From contig QPMI01000549.1 of assembly GCA_004431415.1 (NCBI GenBank), positions 133,762-197,761 of the forward strand: DNA of 64,000 nucleotides, read 5' to 3'. The notes beneath the pieces are model-generated. The model had not been told where the DNA came from and searched no databases. It saw only the letters and a list, made by a program, of their open reading frames with translations. Positions 38,901 through 49,657 of this stretch are shown here, one piece after another. The position numbers and the translations under genes are program-made. Position 1 is the stretch's first letter; the number at the start of each line of letters is the position of its first letter. Origin of the DNA: Cyanophora paradoxa CCMP329 (taxonomy: Eukaryota > Plantae > Glaucophyta).

Positions 38901-39076
38901 GTGCCGAGTTCGAGGTCGCCGTCTCGTGCGCCCAGACGACCGCCCGCGCTCTCGCTCTCGCGCGCGTGTCGCGACCGGTGACGGCGTCGCGCGCGCGCGT
39001 GCCTGCTGGCTGGAGGGGACGAACCCGCGCATCAAGCTGGACGCCGGCGTGATCTACGCCCTCACTTTCGTCCTCC
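35936..39076 (+). pseudogene. Degenerate partial duplicate of the cyclase-AAA-TPR gene, interrupted by a MITE and by the endogenous virus
   Basis: Colinear with ~29807-32428, introns included. The 5' part is peppered with small insertions; similarity stops at ...TTCGTCCTCCAG where the viral TIR starts. Confidence 0.85.
36044..36441. mobile_element. MITE, 398 bp, ~33-bp imperfect TIRs, 8-bp TSD (hAT/P-like)
   Basis: Left end CGCTACGAGTTATGGCTCTATGGCGCAGTTTCC; right end GGAAACTCCGCCTAAGGCCCATAACTCGTAGCG; TSD CTCAGCGC at 36036-36043 and 36442-36449; absent from the intact paralog. Confidence 0.85.
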
Positions 39077-39482
39077 AGTGTTGTACACCCATGGACCCCG
39101 CTTACGGCCACTTCGCTTCGCTCCGGGCCGCGGTTCCATGGGTATTTAGCGTCTTCCCCTCACTAGATCGATCTGATTTTGCCGTGCGTGTACCAAAATC
39201 GTTTTACACGTTTCCCTCTGCTATTACGTGCCGGAGGGCGTGTGCGTGGGTACCTTAGGGGTTGAAAAATAAAATTCGATTTAGCTTCGAGGAGGTAGCT
39301 AACGGGAGAGCCTTTGAGGCTGATTGGGAATTCACTTTAGGGTATGAGCTTAGGCATTCTAGTGTCCACTGAGAGGCCGAAGGGTCGCAGACAAGCAGCG
39401 ACGCTGCGCCTAAGGAAGTGCGAAGCACAAGTAGCTTCTTGCCTACGGCCATCTTGGCTGACGCCGCACTAGAAATTCCCGG
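39077..39482 (+). repeat. Left terminal inverted repeat (318 bp plus 88-bp insertion)
   Basis: Reverse complement of 63681-63998 except for the extra segment 39375-39462. Confidence 0.95.
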
Positions 39483-39713
39483 GGAGGTGCCCAACCCACG
39501 CCAGCAAAGTGAATTTAGGGATGGCTCTGTGCATCTTCTTACATCCAGCCTACGTACATGTCAGATCGGATGAATGCGAAATACCCAAACAATGGACCAA
39601 AGAACGAATCTAGCCCGACTGGAAAAAGCAAAGGCTGCCGAAAGCGACCTCAGTAAAACCCAGTCTCAAAGATCAAACTCGATGTATATAGCCTGCTTGA
39701 TTTCGCGGCTGTT

Positions 39714-40755
39714 TCTCCTATAAGACTATAGGAGATCTGGACTAATATTTCGAAAGTTATTGTCGGGAAGTATGAAAATAAGACTATAGGAGATCTGGAC
39801 TAACATATCAAAAGTTATTGTCGGGAAGTATAAAAATAAGACTATAGGAGATCTGGACTAACATTTCAAAAGTTACAGCGATATCGATTGTCGGGAAGTA
39901 TAAAAATAAGACTATAGGAGATCTGGACAAATATTTCGAAAGTTATTGTCGGGAAGTATAAAAATAAGACTATAGGAGATCTGGACAAGTTATTGTCGGG
40001 AAGTATAAAAATAAGACTATAGGAGATCTGGACTAACATTTCAAAAGTTATTGTCGGGAAGTATAAAAATAAGACTATAGGAGATCTGGACTAATACTTC
40101 AAAAGTTATAACAAATACTAGAAGTCTCATACCCCTATTTTTATACCTTCCGACAAACAAATACTAGAAGTCTCATACCCCTATTTTTATACAGCGATAT
40201 CGATTGTCGGGAAGTATGAAAATAAGACTATAGGAGATCTGGACTAACATATCAAAAGTTATTGTCGGGAAGTATAAAATAAGACTATAGGAGATCTGGA
40301 CTAACATTTCAAAAGTTACAGCGATATCGATTGTCGGGAAGTATAAAAATAAGACTATAGGAGATCTGGACAAATATTTCGAAAGTTATTGTCGGGAAGT
40401 ATAAAAATAAGACTATAGGAGATCTGGACAAGTTATTGTCGGGAAGTATAAAAATAAGACTATAGGAGATCTGGACTAACATTTCAAAAGTTATTGTCGG
40501 AAGTATAAAAATAAGACTATAGGAGATCTGGACTAATACTTCAAAAGTTATAACAAATACTAGAAGTCTCATACCCCTATTTTTATACCTTCCGACAAAC
40601 AAATACTAGAAGTCTCATACCCCTATTTTTATACCTTCCGACAATCTACTTAAAAGTTACAGAAATCGATAGCGATTGTCGGGAAGTGTAAGAGCAAACG
40701 GCTGCGGTGGGAACTGGACAAACAAATACTAGAAGTCTCATACCCCTATTTTTAC
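39714..40755. repeat. Subterminal tandem array: 13 copies of TAAGACTATAGGAGATCTGGAC in ~47-70 bp units, higher-order ~444-bp duplication, interspersed inverted half-sites
   Basis: Unit TTGTCGGGAAGTATAAAAATAAGACTATAGGAGATCTGGAC plus a short variable linker; second motif ACAAATACTAGAAGTCTCATACCCCTATTTTTA occurs five times. Confidence 0.95.
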
Positions 40756-40893
40756 AGCTCTCGCGGCCAACTTAAGTGATCAGCTTCAGCTGTAGCTGTG
40801 CAAGCCTTAAAGAAAACGCGATGATAGTTATCAATCAGAGATTGTGCGCGCTGAATTTCGAAAAAGTTTTCTGATTGTATCATTAATCGAAAC

Positions 40894-43800
40894 ATGAGCT
40901 CCCGAGCCGTAAGAGCTAGCCTTAGAACCGAAATCAACGAGCTTGCACAGAGGCTGTATGAGCGAGGCTACATTAATGCAACGTATAGGAACTCGCTACT
41001 GCGGCCTCTTTCAAACACCAGGACCCACACTGACACACTCCGATCCTCTCTAGCATCACTGCTCAGGCTGCAGGGGACAGAAAGGCCTCAGCGTCCGCTG
41101 TACGGGCGAGACGTTGCCGCTCATTTTGAGAGGGCGCAGGCTGCGCGAGCAGCAGCAACACAGGAGATTGATGAAGTTGCGGAAGCTATATCAGGGCTAT
41201 TCCGCGAGCAGGCATCGGCCAACGTTAACGTAGTTCGCACCTATACTCACCACGAGTATCCAGGGCTGCTTTTCACGAAGGACATTATAGAGATAGAGCC
41301 GACAGCTGATCCAGAGAGAGTGAAAGAATTGACGATAGCGTTTCTGAATGAGCTGCGAATCCCAGAGAGGATTGGAGCTGCTGTTTTAATTCGCTTTCAT
41401 TTTGAGAATTTCCACATGTACCGCACGCAGCTTGCGACCATAGAGGAGGGCACGATGCAGTCACTTCTAGCAAATCTCGCGGAGAAGATGGAGAGTTGGA
41501 TGCTAGCGCAGCAGCCCTACGAGGACACTGATGTCTGGCCAGTCGTGCAGATCGAGGTGCTTATCGCAGAAAACGCAGCAGGGGCTCTGGGAAATGTACC
41601 TAAGCTGCCCTTTGGAGGGAAGGCTCTAACGATGAACAAGATCTACTGTCCGATCTCTCCAGAGGACAACTGCGTGCTTGAATGCTTTGAGCATGAGAAG
41701 CTCAATCCCGGTCGCCTGAACCTTGAGAGAGTATATAAGAAGCTTCAGCATGTTGATTACAGTTCAATTCGCACACAGCTGGGGCTTCCACGGGCCTAAT
41801 TGTAGTCGATGAACCTACCATACGCAAGCTGAGCCAGCACTATAGAATCGATGCAAGCATTTTCGAGTGGGTCTCGGACCGCAGCGCGTCGAAGTTCAAG
41901 CTCCTATTTTCAACTGAATTTGGCTTTGAACGCCGAGCCCACCTTTGCGTGGTCGATGCGCACTGCTTTCTAATTAAAGATAAGAGAACGTGCGAGATGC
42001 AGAAGTGCAGAGCCTGCGGAAAGATGCAGTATGATTTGGCGACTCACAAGGAAACCTGCCGCTTCTGCTATACCTGCCGCTGCGCCTACAATCCGAAGGA
42101 GGACCATGCAAGCAAATGCGATGAAGCAGTGAGGAACAAGAGCGTTATTGAACGCAAAATCAAGCCATGCGAGCCCGAGGAAGAGTTTACAGCCCTAAAC
42201 TCAGTCATAGCGGCAGACTTTGAAACGTTTGCACCCAACCGCACGACCCACGTTCCGTACGCAGTCGATATGGACATAATTAGCAAAGGAGAGATCACGG
42301 AAACGAAATCGTTCTGCGGCCCCGAAACTCTGGAACAGTTTATGCTCTGGCTTGACGACTGGAAAGAAAAGTCGACTCTAGTATTCTTCAATGGCAGCGG
42401 CTTCGACTTGATATTTATCTATAAGTGGCTTGTCCAGAACCGCCCAGACTGCCAGGTCAAGGTGATGCGCTCATCCGGAAAGATCAAGAGCATGGAGTGG
42501 AAGACGCTGGCTGGGGAGAGTTTAAAAGCTTTGACCCCTGTTTGCACATACAGGGCTCACTGCGGCAGGCTGGGAAGGACTACGGGTGCACCACCTTGAA
42601 AGGGGATTTTGACCACCGAAAGATAAGAGCGTGGGATGACGTTGAGATTCACAAGGAAGCCTGGAGCGAATATTTGAGAGCTGACGTTCGGTCGATGACT
42701 GAGCTGTATATTAAGTACGCTCGGACATGTTTTGATCTATTTGGGATCAATGTGAATTCGAAGCGCACCTTGACAGCATCGGCGATGGCTTTTCAGATCC
42801 ACAGGCAGCTGATGAAAACGGAAGTGCTGCTACCGAAATACAAGGAGGACCAGATTTTTCGCAAAGCGATTTACGGAGGGCGATGCCTACCATTCAAGCG
42901 GAAGTTTGTCTCGAAGGGTCCAGATGATTACTTGGTAGATCTGGATGTGGTCTCTCTCTATCCGACGGCTATGTACTTTAATTACTTTCCCACTGGTAAA
43001 TTCAAATGCATCACCGATCAAGCGGAGCTAGAGCGATTCCGCAAGTTTATGCTGAGCAGGAAAATGGAACAGCTGTTTGTTGCAAAGATTAGCGCTAAAA
43101 TTCCTCAGGATCTTGTGCTCTCTCCCCTTCCCCGCCACGAAGCCAATCTGGGATGGTCTAACTTGAAGCCTATTGAGAAAGAAATGTACACCTCAGTCGA
43201 TATCTACCGGGCAATAGCACTGGGAGTTGAGATCACAGAGCTGCACGAGGTGTACTTGTTTGAGGGCAAGGAACGAATGTTCAAAGATTACATTGAGAAG
43301 CTGTACTGCATGAAAGCACGCTCACGAAAGGGGACCGCCCAGTATGCTACGGCGAAGATCCTCTTGAATGGGCTCTATGGAAAATTTGCTCAGCGTCCAG
43401 TAATTGAGACAACCGAGCTGGTCTCAAACTACAGACGATTCAAGGAGATACAGCGATCATCGACGATTACAGACATTGACATAGAGAATGATACGAGAAT
43501 GTACGTCACATTTGAGATCCCTGAGTATAGGCGGGATGCCTGCGTTTCGAAGCCTTGCTTTGTTGGTGCATTTATCCTCTCCTACAGCCGCGAAATCATG
43601 GATCGATTTTTGGTGAGGATGAACTCATATAAGGACGTAGAGGCAATGCCATACTACACAGATACAGATTCTATGATCGTGCACAGGAGGTTTGCTGAGC
43701 TTCTGAAGGACTGCATGAAGCAGCCATATTCAGTTGAGGGAATGTCAGAGGAGGAAGGGAATAGAATGATCTGCGAGAGCGAGCTGGGGAAACTAGATTA

Positions 43801-44266
43801 TGACATCCAAGGGAGAATTACTGAGGCTTACTTCATTGGCCCAAAGGTTTATTGCTGCTACTTTGTGAGGTCGAATGGGGAACCAGATCTGCATGTGCGG
43901 GCAAAGGGAATTCCGAAGAGCTGGATAGAGGAGAACTGGCTCCCGAGTGATCCAGTGGCAAAGAAGGAATCCCTTGATAACCGAATTGCTTTGGAGGCCT
44001 TCACAAGGATGCTAGAGGAACGTTATCAGCCGCAGTGCACACTAGATTCTAAACTAGCGCGTGTTTTCAAGCCCAATGGAAAGCAACGCGATGCTGGGAT
44101 CGACTTCAGCTCTATAATTCAGATTCCATTCAGCCGAATACTCAACAAAACGGAGTATACGAAACGAAAGATTATTCCTGACGAATATTACAGCACGGTT
44201 CCCCATGAATACGTTCGAGCAACAGGCGGCAGCCAAGAAGGCAACCTTGACTTTGTCGATCTCTGA
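40894..44266 (+). CDS. polB: Protein-primed family B DNA polymerase with N-terminal terminal-protein/vOTU-like region; two apparent frameshifts (~41795, ~42520)
   Basis: ExoI AADFET, ExoII FFNGSGFD, ExoIII YLRADV; motif A DLDVVSLYPTAM, motif B KILLNGLYGKFAQRP, motif C YTDTDS, RAKGI. N-terminal EDNCVLECF...VVDAHCFLI followed by CxxC fingers. Confidence 0.95.
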
Positions 44267-45422
44267 TGCTTACTATGATCCTGAGACAGGGCTCCAGTCA
44301 GCTGCACGGATAGCTAAGAAGCTGAAGATGCCGCTGGCAAGGGTGCAGGCAGTGCTCGCGAAGCTGTCCACAGCTCAGCGCTTTGCAAAACCGGTGAAAG
44401 AGAAGCCGTACACCAGTATCACGTATAATCACCCAGAGAAGTATTATGAAGTGGATTTGATCGATGTCAGTCCCTATGCTAGAAGCAACCGCGGAGTGCA
44501 CTTCATCATGAACGCTGTGGATGTTGTAACCCGGAAAGCGTACAGCATCCCAATGAAAAATAAAAGCGAGGGGACCCTGCTTTCGACACTGCGGCAGCTC
44601 ATAGCAAGCTTTCCGGTGAAGCCCGATATCATTCAGACGGATCAGGAATTCAAGGCTACAGCTGCAACTATGCTAGCAGCCGAGGGGATAAAGCACAATG
44701 CTGTCGAGGCGCATCGTCCGCAGGCAAATGGAAAGGTAGAGCGCTTTAATGGTACTCTGAAGCGGATCATTGCAAGATACATGGAGGCGTACGACACCGA
44801 CCGATATATCGATAAGCTGCCATCCTTTCTGCGCAACTATAACAGCTCCGAGCATAGAGCTATTAAAACTACGCCTGATGAGGCAGCAAAGAACCCAGCA
44901 CCTGTTATTGCAAGAAACGATTATCAGAGAGAGGCGTACGAGCAGCAGCACTATCTGAAAGAGGCCGAGTTCAAGGTAGGAGACTCTGTGCGCGTAAAGC
45001 TGGCGAGGAACACGTTTGATAAATCAACGAAGCCGACGTACTCAAAAGAAGTCTATCAGATTGAAGCTATAGGAGGATTTGGCCCTCTGCTCAAGTTCAA
45101 GCTTGCTGGATACGACAAGGAGGTGAGCTACCAGCAGCTGCTGAAAGTGCCAGCAGAGACAGAGCAGCGGCGGGCTGGAAGTGCTGCACAGAATGCCCTT
45201 CGCCGTCGAAAGCAGGAGCTGAATTTGATGCAAGAGAATCTGGACAAGTCAGACATCGAAAAAAATAAGAGACTTCTCCGGGTTCAAAAGCAGCTGCTTA
45301 CTGCTGGAACCAAGGCGTTAAATCCAGGAGGTTCGACAGCTCGGTGGTACACGTCTTTTGAAAATGCGAAGGCCTCTTATTCTGCGCCCAGCAACACGAG
45401 GACACTTAGACCGAGACGCTGA
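44205..45422 (+). CDS. int: Retroviral-type (rve) DDE integrase
   Basis: YYDP...G, EVDLID, VDVVTRKAY, IQTDQEF, NGKVERFNGTLK, YNSSEHRAIKTTP, C-terminal FKVGDSVRV. Catalytic D, D, E intact. Confidence 0.95.
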   Translation: MNTFEQQAAAKKATLTLSISDAYYDPETGLQSAARIAKKLKMPLARVQAVLAKLSTAQRFAKPVKEKPYTSITYNHPEKYYEVDLIDVSPYARSNRGVHFIMNAVDVVTRKAYSIPMKNKSEGTLLSTLRQLIASFPVKPDIIQTDQEFKATAATMLAAEGIKHNAVEAHRPQANGKVERFNGTLKRIIARYMEAYDTDRYIDKLPSFLRNYNSSEHRAIKTTPDEAAKNPAPVIARNDYQREAYEQQHYLKEAEFKVGDSVRVKLARNTFDKSTKPTYSKEVYQIEAIGGFGPLLKFKLAGYDKEVSYQQLLKVPAETEQRRAGSAAQNALRRRKQELNLMQENLDKSDIEKNKRLLRVQKQLLTAGTKALNPGGSTARWYTSFENAKASYSAPSNTRTLRPRR

Positions 45423-45684
45423 TTCCAGCGGAAGCTAGGGCACTCTCAAGTACAGAGATTCGATTTATCAACCGAGTGCGATAGCGCTTGTTTGCCTCGT
45501 TGTGAGCATCTTTGTGCGAAGCCTGATATCTGCTGCTCTGCTCAATGTGTCTCTGGCGATATGCAGGGTCCTCGCTGTATTTTCTGCGGTGGTACTCTGC
45601 TTTCTTCTCCCTTCTTGCTTGAATAATCTCTGGCGTAAGAGCAATCGGTTTGCGCCCTGGTTTGCGACGCTGCGCTGACTCCAT
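45406..45684 (-). CDS. Small basic helical protein, putative DNA-binding
   Basis: 92 aa, ATG start, RRKPGRKP followed by an Arg/Lys/Tyr-rich helix; AT-rich upstream region. Confidence 0.6.
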   Translation of the reverse strand: MESAQRRKPGRKPIALTPEIIQARREKKAEYHRRKYSEDPAYRQRHIEQSSRYQASHKDAHNEANKRYRTRLINRISVLESALASAGISVSV

Positions 45685-45771
45685 TTCCCTCTTTCATTTA
45701 AGGATCTAAATTATTTAAGCGGTATAAATCGCGCTAGAATCACGAGATTTATTTCTATCTTTTAAAGCATC

Positions 45772-46107
45772 ATGGAATCGCCGCTGCGCCTGACAATACT
45801 GAGAATTGGGAAATACAAAGGGCATACACACCTTGAAGTTGCTTTCAGAGATCCATCATATGCTCACTGGTTGTGTCGATGGGCCAGGCTAAGTGATTAT
45901 GATCGCGCTCAGTTTGTCAAGGCATCTAAGCTAATCCGAGAGACAAAACCAGACATTATGTGGGGATTGTACAAAAAAGAAAGAGCTGCTAGGATTGCTC
46001 AGGCTGCAGCCCAAAATTCTACGCAGCCACAAAATGTGGAGTTATCACCAGCAGATGACCTTGATCTGGACTTATCGATATCAGAGGCGGATGGGCCGGG
46101 CTTTTGA
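45772..46107 (+). CDS. Small protein with GKYKG (DUF3820/QSregVF_b-like) motif
   Basis: LRIGKYKGHTHLEVAFRDPSYAHWL matches the FGK[YH]KG...dp.Y..W pattern. Confidence 0.65.
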   Translation: MESPLRLTILRIGKYKGHTHLEVAFRDPSYAHWLCRWARLSDYDRAQFVKASKLIRETKPDIMWGLYKKERAARIAQAAAQNSTQPQNVELSPADDLDLDLSISEADGPGF

Positions 46108-46157
46108 ACTCTGAACTAGGCTTAAAGAGATCGCAATCTCAGATTGTAAAGAAAGAC

Positions 46158-46727
46158 ATGGAAGTCACAATTCCAGAGGTTCCTGAAGGCGCTGTAGCAA
46201 TCCCGCTTGGTGGAATTCGCAATCGCCGCAAAGTCATCATTGCTTATGCTCTTGTTTCACAGGAAGATGCTGATCGTGTGCTTGGATTTCGCTGGAGTTT
46301 AGATAATGGATACGCCAAAACCATCATCAATGGTAAGAAGGTAAGAATGCATAATTTCATCAGTGGCGAGTTGGAGAATGGTTTAACTGTTGATCATATA
46401 AATCTGAACAAACTTGATAATAGACGCGAAAATTTTCGACTGGCAACAAAGCGGCAGCAGACTCTAAACCAGAATCGGCGGGTCACAAACACCAGCGGTT
46501 TCATTGGTGTTTCATTCAATCAGCAGCTTGGTAAATGGAAAGCATACTATCAGATAAACGGACATCGGAAACACATCGGCTACTATACTACTGCTGAAGC
46601 TGCTGCTAAAGCCAGAGACACCTATGCCCTTCATCATACGTCCGCCGAGGATAAGCCATTTCTGCATCTGAATTTTACAACCGAATCCTCTGGCCACCCA
46701 TCGCATTCTTCATCTGCGACCCAGTAA
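46158..46727 (+). CDS. HNH-AP2 homing endonuclease 1
   Basis: ALVSQED...GYA...RMHNFI...TVDHINLNKLDNRRENFR (HNH) plus NTSGFIGVSF...KWKAY...IGYYTTAEAAAKARD...LNF (AP2). Confidence 0.92.
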   Translation: MEVTIPEVPEGAVAIPLGGIRNRRKVIIAYALVSQEDADRVLGFRWSLDNGYAKTIINGKKVRMHNFISGELENGLTVDHINLNKLDNRRENFRLATKRQQTLNQNRRVTNTSGFIGVSFNQQLGKWKAYYQINGHRKHIGYYTTAEAAAKARDTYALHHTSAEDKPFLHLNFTTESSGHPSHSSSATQ

Positions 46728-47307
46728 CATTTGGCTCGAAAACATTTGGAGTTGCAGGTTTTACTTCGGCAGAGTCAAGCGATTGCTCGGCTTTAGCTTT
46801 TTCGTTTTTCAGATACCGCAAATCCGGCACGTCCATGGGTCTGTGCTTAAACATCTCGCTTCGCAACATCTCGCGGATCTTAGCTCTTTCTTGCTTATCT
46901 TTTACATATGATTCGATATTAGCCGACCTCGCTTCTAGATCACGCAATTTGGCAGCCAACTCGTCAATCTGACTTTTTGACACTGTTGCTGTCTTGATTT
47001 TCGGCCCTGAATAACGTGGTTCAGACGCCATGGCTTGGATAATTCTAGCAGCATCATCATCAATATCGTACTGCATTTCAGATACAGTTTTGACCTGGCT
47101 TTGTCGGTCGTCAACCGCACTGGCATTAGCTGCTGCCGAGGCGATCGTTTTAGCAACGGGTGCATTAAGACGTGGGTCACTAGCTAGTTCACCGCTAGGA
47201 GCAGCAACAGCTGCGCCCTCTGTCGCACCACTTTCGATGAGAGGGGCGTTTGGCTCTGGGAGCACCCTTCGTTCACGAAAACCCTTTCTTGGAATCCCAC
47301 GTGGCAT
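46675..47307 (-). CDS. Hypothetical viral protein (basic N-terminus, coiled coil)
   Basis: 210-aa ATG ORF directly downstream of the ATPase; MPRGIPRKGFRERR; heptad-like IDELAAKLRDLEARSANIESYV. Confidence 0.65.
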   Translation of the reverse strand: MPRGIPRKGFRERRVLPEPNAPLIESGATEGAAVAAPSGELASDPRLNAPVAKTIASAAANASAVDDRQSQVKTVSEMQYDIDDDAARIIQAMASEPRYSGPKIKTATVSKSQIDELAAKLRDLEARSANIESYVKDKQERAKIREMLRSEMFKHRPMDVPDLRYLKNEKAKAEQSLDSAEVKPATPNVFEPNVTGSQMKNAMGGQRIRL

Positions 47308-47316
47308 CTTCTGTTC

Positions 47317-48077
47317 TTATGCTAAGATTTTAAAACGCTTCTTTTTAGAGATAACAGGCGAAGACTCTTCTTTTTTAGACTCTTCTTCTTGTCTTAGCCC
47401 GAAGGGCAAGGAGCCCTCCTTGGGCGACGCCCATTTAGAGAAACGAAAACTCTTATCTTCAACAGCTTTATCAACATACCAGGCAGTATCATACTTCGTT
47501 CCATCAAGGACTAGGCACTGATAATCATGCGCCCAAGTCTCGAACAAAGCAATAAACTCATCTTTCGGGAGATGACTAAATTCTCTATAAATTGCCTCGA
47601 GCTCGGTATGATTAGAGTAACTGAAGAAAAAACAATAGTCGGAGTTCGATCTTATAGATTGACTCAATGCTGTAAGCTTTGGGTCATAAGAATCGTACTG
47701 ATATTAAAATGACGACCTTGTGTAAAAAGTCGATTAACGGTCTTGCTATTTCGCAGATCAACAGTTTCAGAGGCAGCAACGAGATCATCCAATACAAGCA
47801 ATATCTGCGGCGCTTTCTTTTTGTTTTCAATCAAATTTCGCTGTGAATCAATGATTTCTGCAACGATAGATGGCTGAAAATCGTCGTAAAGCTCTTTAGT
47901 TATTGCAGAGTATTCACCATTGAATTTGGTGGCCGTAAACACTACGACGCGATTGATCTTTGGATAAAGCAGTCGAAGCAAATGCTTTGTGCAATAGAAA
48001 GACTTCCCACTATTAGACTTTGAAATGAATAGGGCTTTGAATGGAACCCTCATATCGCTAGGCTGGAACTGATCCAT
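47317..48077 (-). CDS. A32/FtsK-like genome packaging ATPase, apparent frameshift at ~47670
   Basis: Walker A SKSNSGKS, Walker B LLVLDD, GRHFNISTILMTQ, then SIRSNSDYCFFF and YQCLVLD in the next frame. Confidence 0.92.
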
Positions 48078-48139
48078 CAAAAAATAGTCGGCAGACAAGC
48101 TGCCTCGGCTGCGCCCAACTACCGAGATTAGCAGATTCT

Positions 48140-49527
48140 CTAGAGGTTAACTTTGCGAAGACCCGCAGCATCAACAATTAGGACAGTGTGCAGGAGAGCG
48201 CGAATTTGGACGTAAATCTTGTTGTTAGCATCATACGCAGCAGGGTTCATGATATTCAGGAAGCAGCTGCTCGAGTTCGTCAGATCTACGAAACCAGTTT
48301 GAGCAGCATTTCGGATCGATTTATCCCCACTAATGCAAAATGGCAAACCAGTCAGAACATATCGATTAAGAGGCGCGTCGAGATTTGAGCACTTGAAGAC
48401 ATCAGCGATGAGTTCAGCACCTTGCAATAGAGGAACAGGCTCGTTTGAATAAAGCCGCTGGCCATTCAATTCGCAGGAAATAGTGATATCACGAGTATTC
48501 GCCTCGGTTTTGAGGACACTGTGTTTTCCGTCAGTTTGGTTCATGTTTGGCTGTTTGCGAATGCTAACGAACAGACCGTAGCAAAGTCCACTGATTTGAG
48601 ACAGATTAATCCGGGTGGGCGCTCCCGCACCAGCATATGTAATTGAATCAGCATCAACCCAGCCGACATCGGTAGCGGGAATGGCAATCCCCGAAGATTT
48701 GACTTTCTCAATCACCTGGGCAAAAGTGGCCTCATCAACATTGATGCAGTGAGCTATAATCTTCGGATTCGAAAGCTCGGGTTTTTCAGGAGTGACAGTG
48801 AGGACATTGGGAGTTATATTCTGGCCGATGTTTGCAGGGGATGCAGCAGCGGCTCCCACGCTCCCGAGTCCATCTTCTTTAGTCGCATCACCGCCTATGG
48901 CATATTCCGTTACAAACCTACCACCATAGCTGGTCTCAACAAAGCCCTGGGCACGATCACGGAACCAAACCTCGACAGACACCTCGCCAGAAAGAGCACC
49001 AATTGGGAGCACAGAACCCTCCCATGGACAGGGATTTTTACACTGAAAATACCTCCAGTGCGATTTGTCCCCTGAGGTGGTGTTCCATGTAGCCAGCCAC
49101 CTGACCGGTATTTCTTTTTGAGCTGAGCATCATCATTGAAAATCAGAGCGCTGTGAACAAGCCAGTCCTCAGGGACGATGTAGCTGTAGGAAGCATATTT
49201 GATTTCAATTCGCTTTACAAGAGCACCAACAGACCGCAGATAACCAGTGCGAACCAGGTCAGTGTCACCAGTAAAAGCGGTCAGCTCGGGCAGGGTAAAC
49301 TGGAGTTCAAGCCCCTGAAGGAAATTGTAACGGGGTAGGAAATAAGTAACCCTCTTTCCGAAGCAGTCTCCATAGTCATTGCTAGGGTTGACAACGACAC
49401 GCACAGGCTTTGTTTGGCTGGTTAGACCTAACATAAGCTCGTTATTCATAAAGAAATCCTTAGCTTCCTGCGGAGTTGTGAGCAGCTCCTTTAGACCAAG
49501 ACGTTGCAAGTTCTGGGTAACATCCAT
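48140..49527 (-). CDS. Double jelly-roll major capsid protein, apparent frameshift at ~49020
   Basis: ~460 aa when joined. FGKRVTYFLPRYNFLQGLELQFTLPEL, VKRIEIKY, VKIPV...LPIGALSGEVSVEVWFR, LNGQRLY, QTGFVDLT resemble the PLV/NCLDV MCP pattern; located between ATPase and mCP. Confidence 0.85.
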
Positions 49528-49657
49528 TGAAGTGTTTATAATTCAAACGGAAGAAAATAATTCAGCGCTTAGCCGCCGGCGAGCCAGCTTGGCGCAGCGG
49601 TCGCTGTGCGGAGCACAAGTGGCTCCTTGCCTTCGGCTTGTCTGCGACTCTGGCGAC

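Noticed and set aside
35-39076. The many long Arg/Pro/Gly/Ala-rich ORFs in the supplied track
   Set aside because: These are shadow frames of very GC-rich DNA that read through introns; the real products emerge only after splicing.
39714-40755. CRISPR array
   Set aside because: The linkers are short variants of one sequence and recur in the same order; there are no unique spacers and no cas genes.
46080-46740. A replacement 3' end cassette for HNH-AP2 gene 1 like that of gene 2
   Set aside because: No duplicate of the convergent gene's 3' end is visible upstream of HNH1; there is only a 53-bp antisense overlap.
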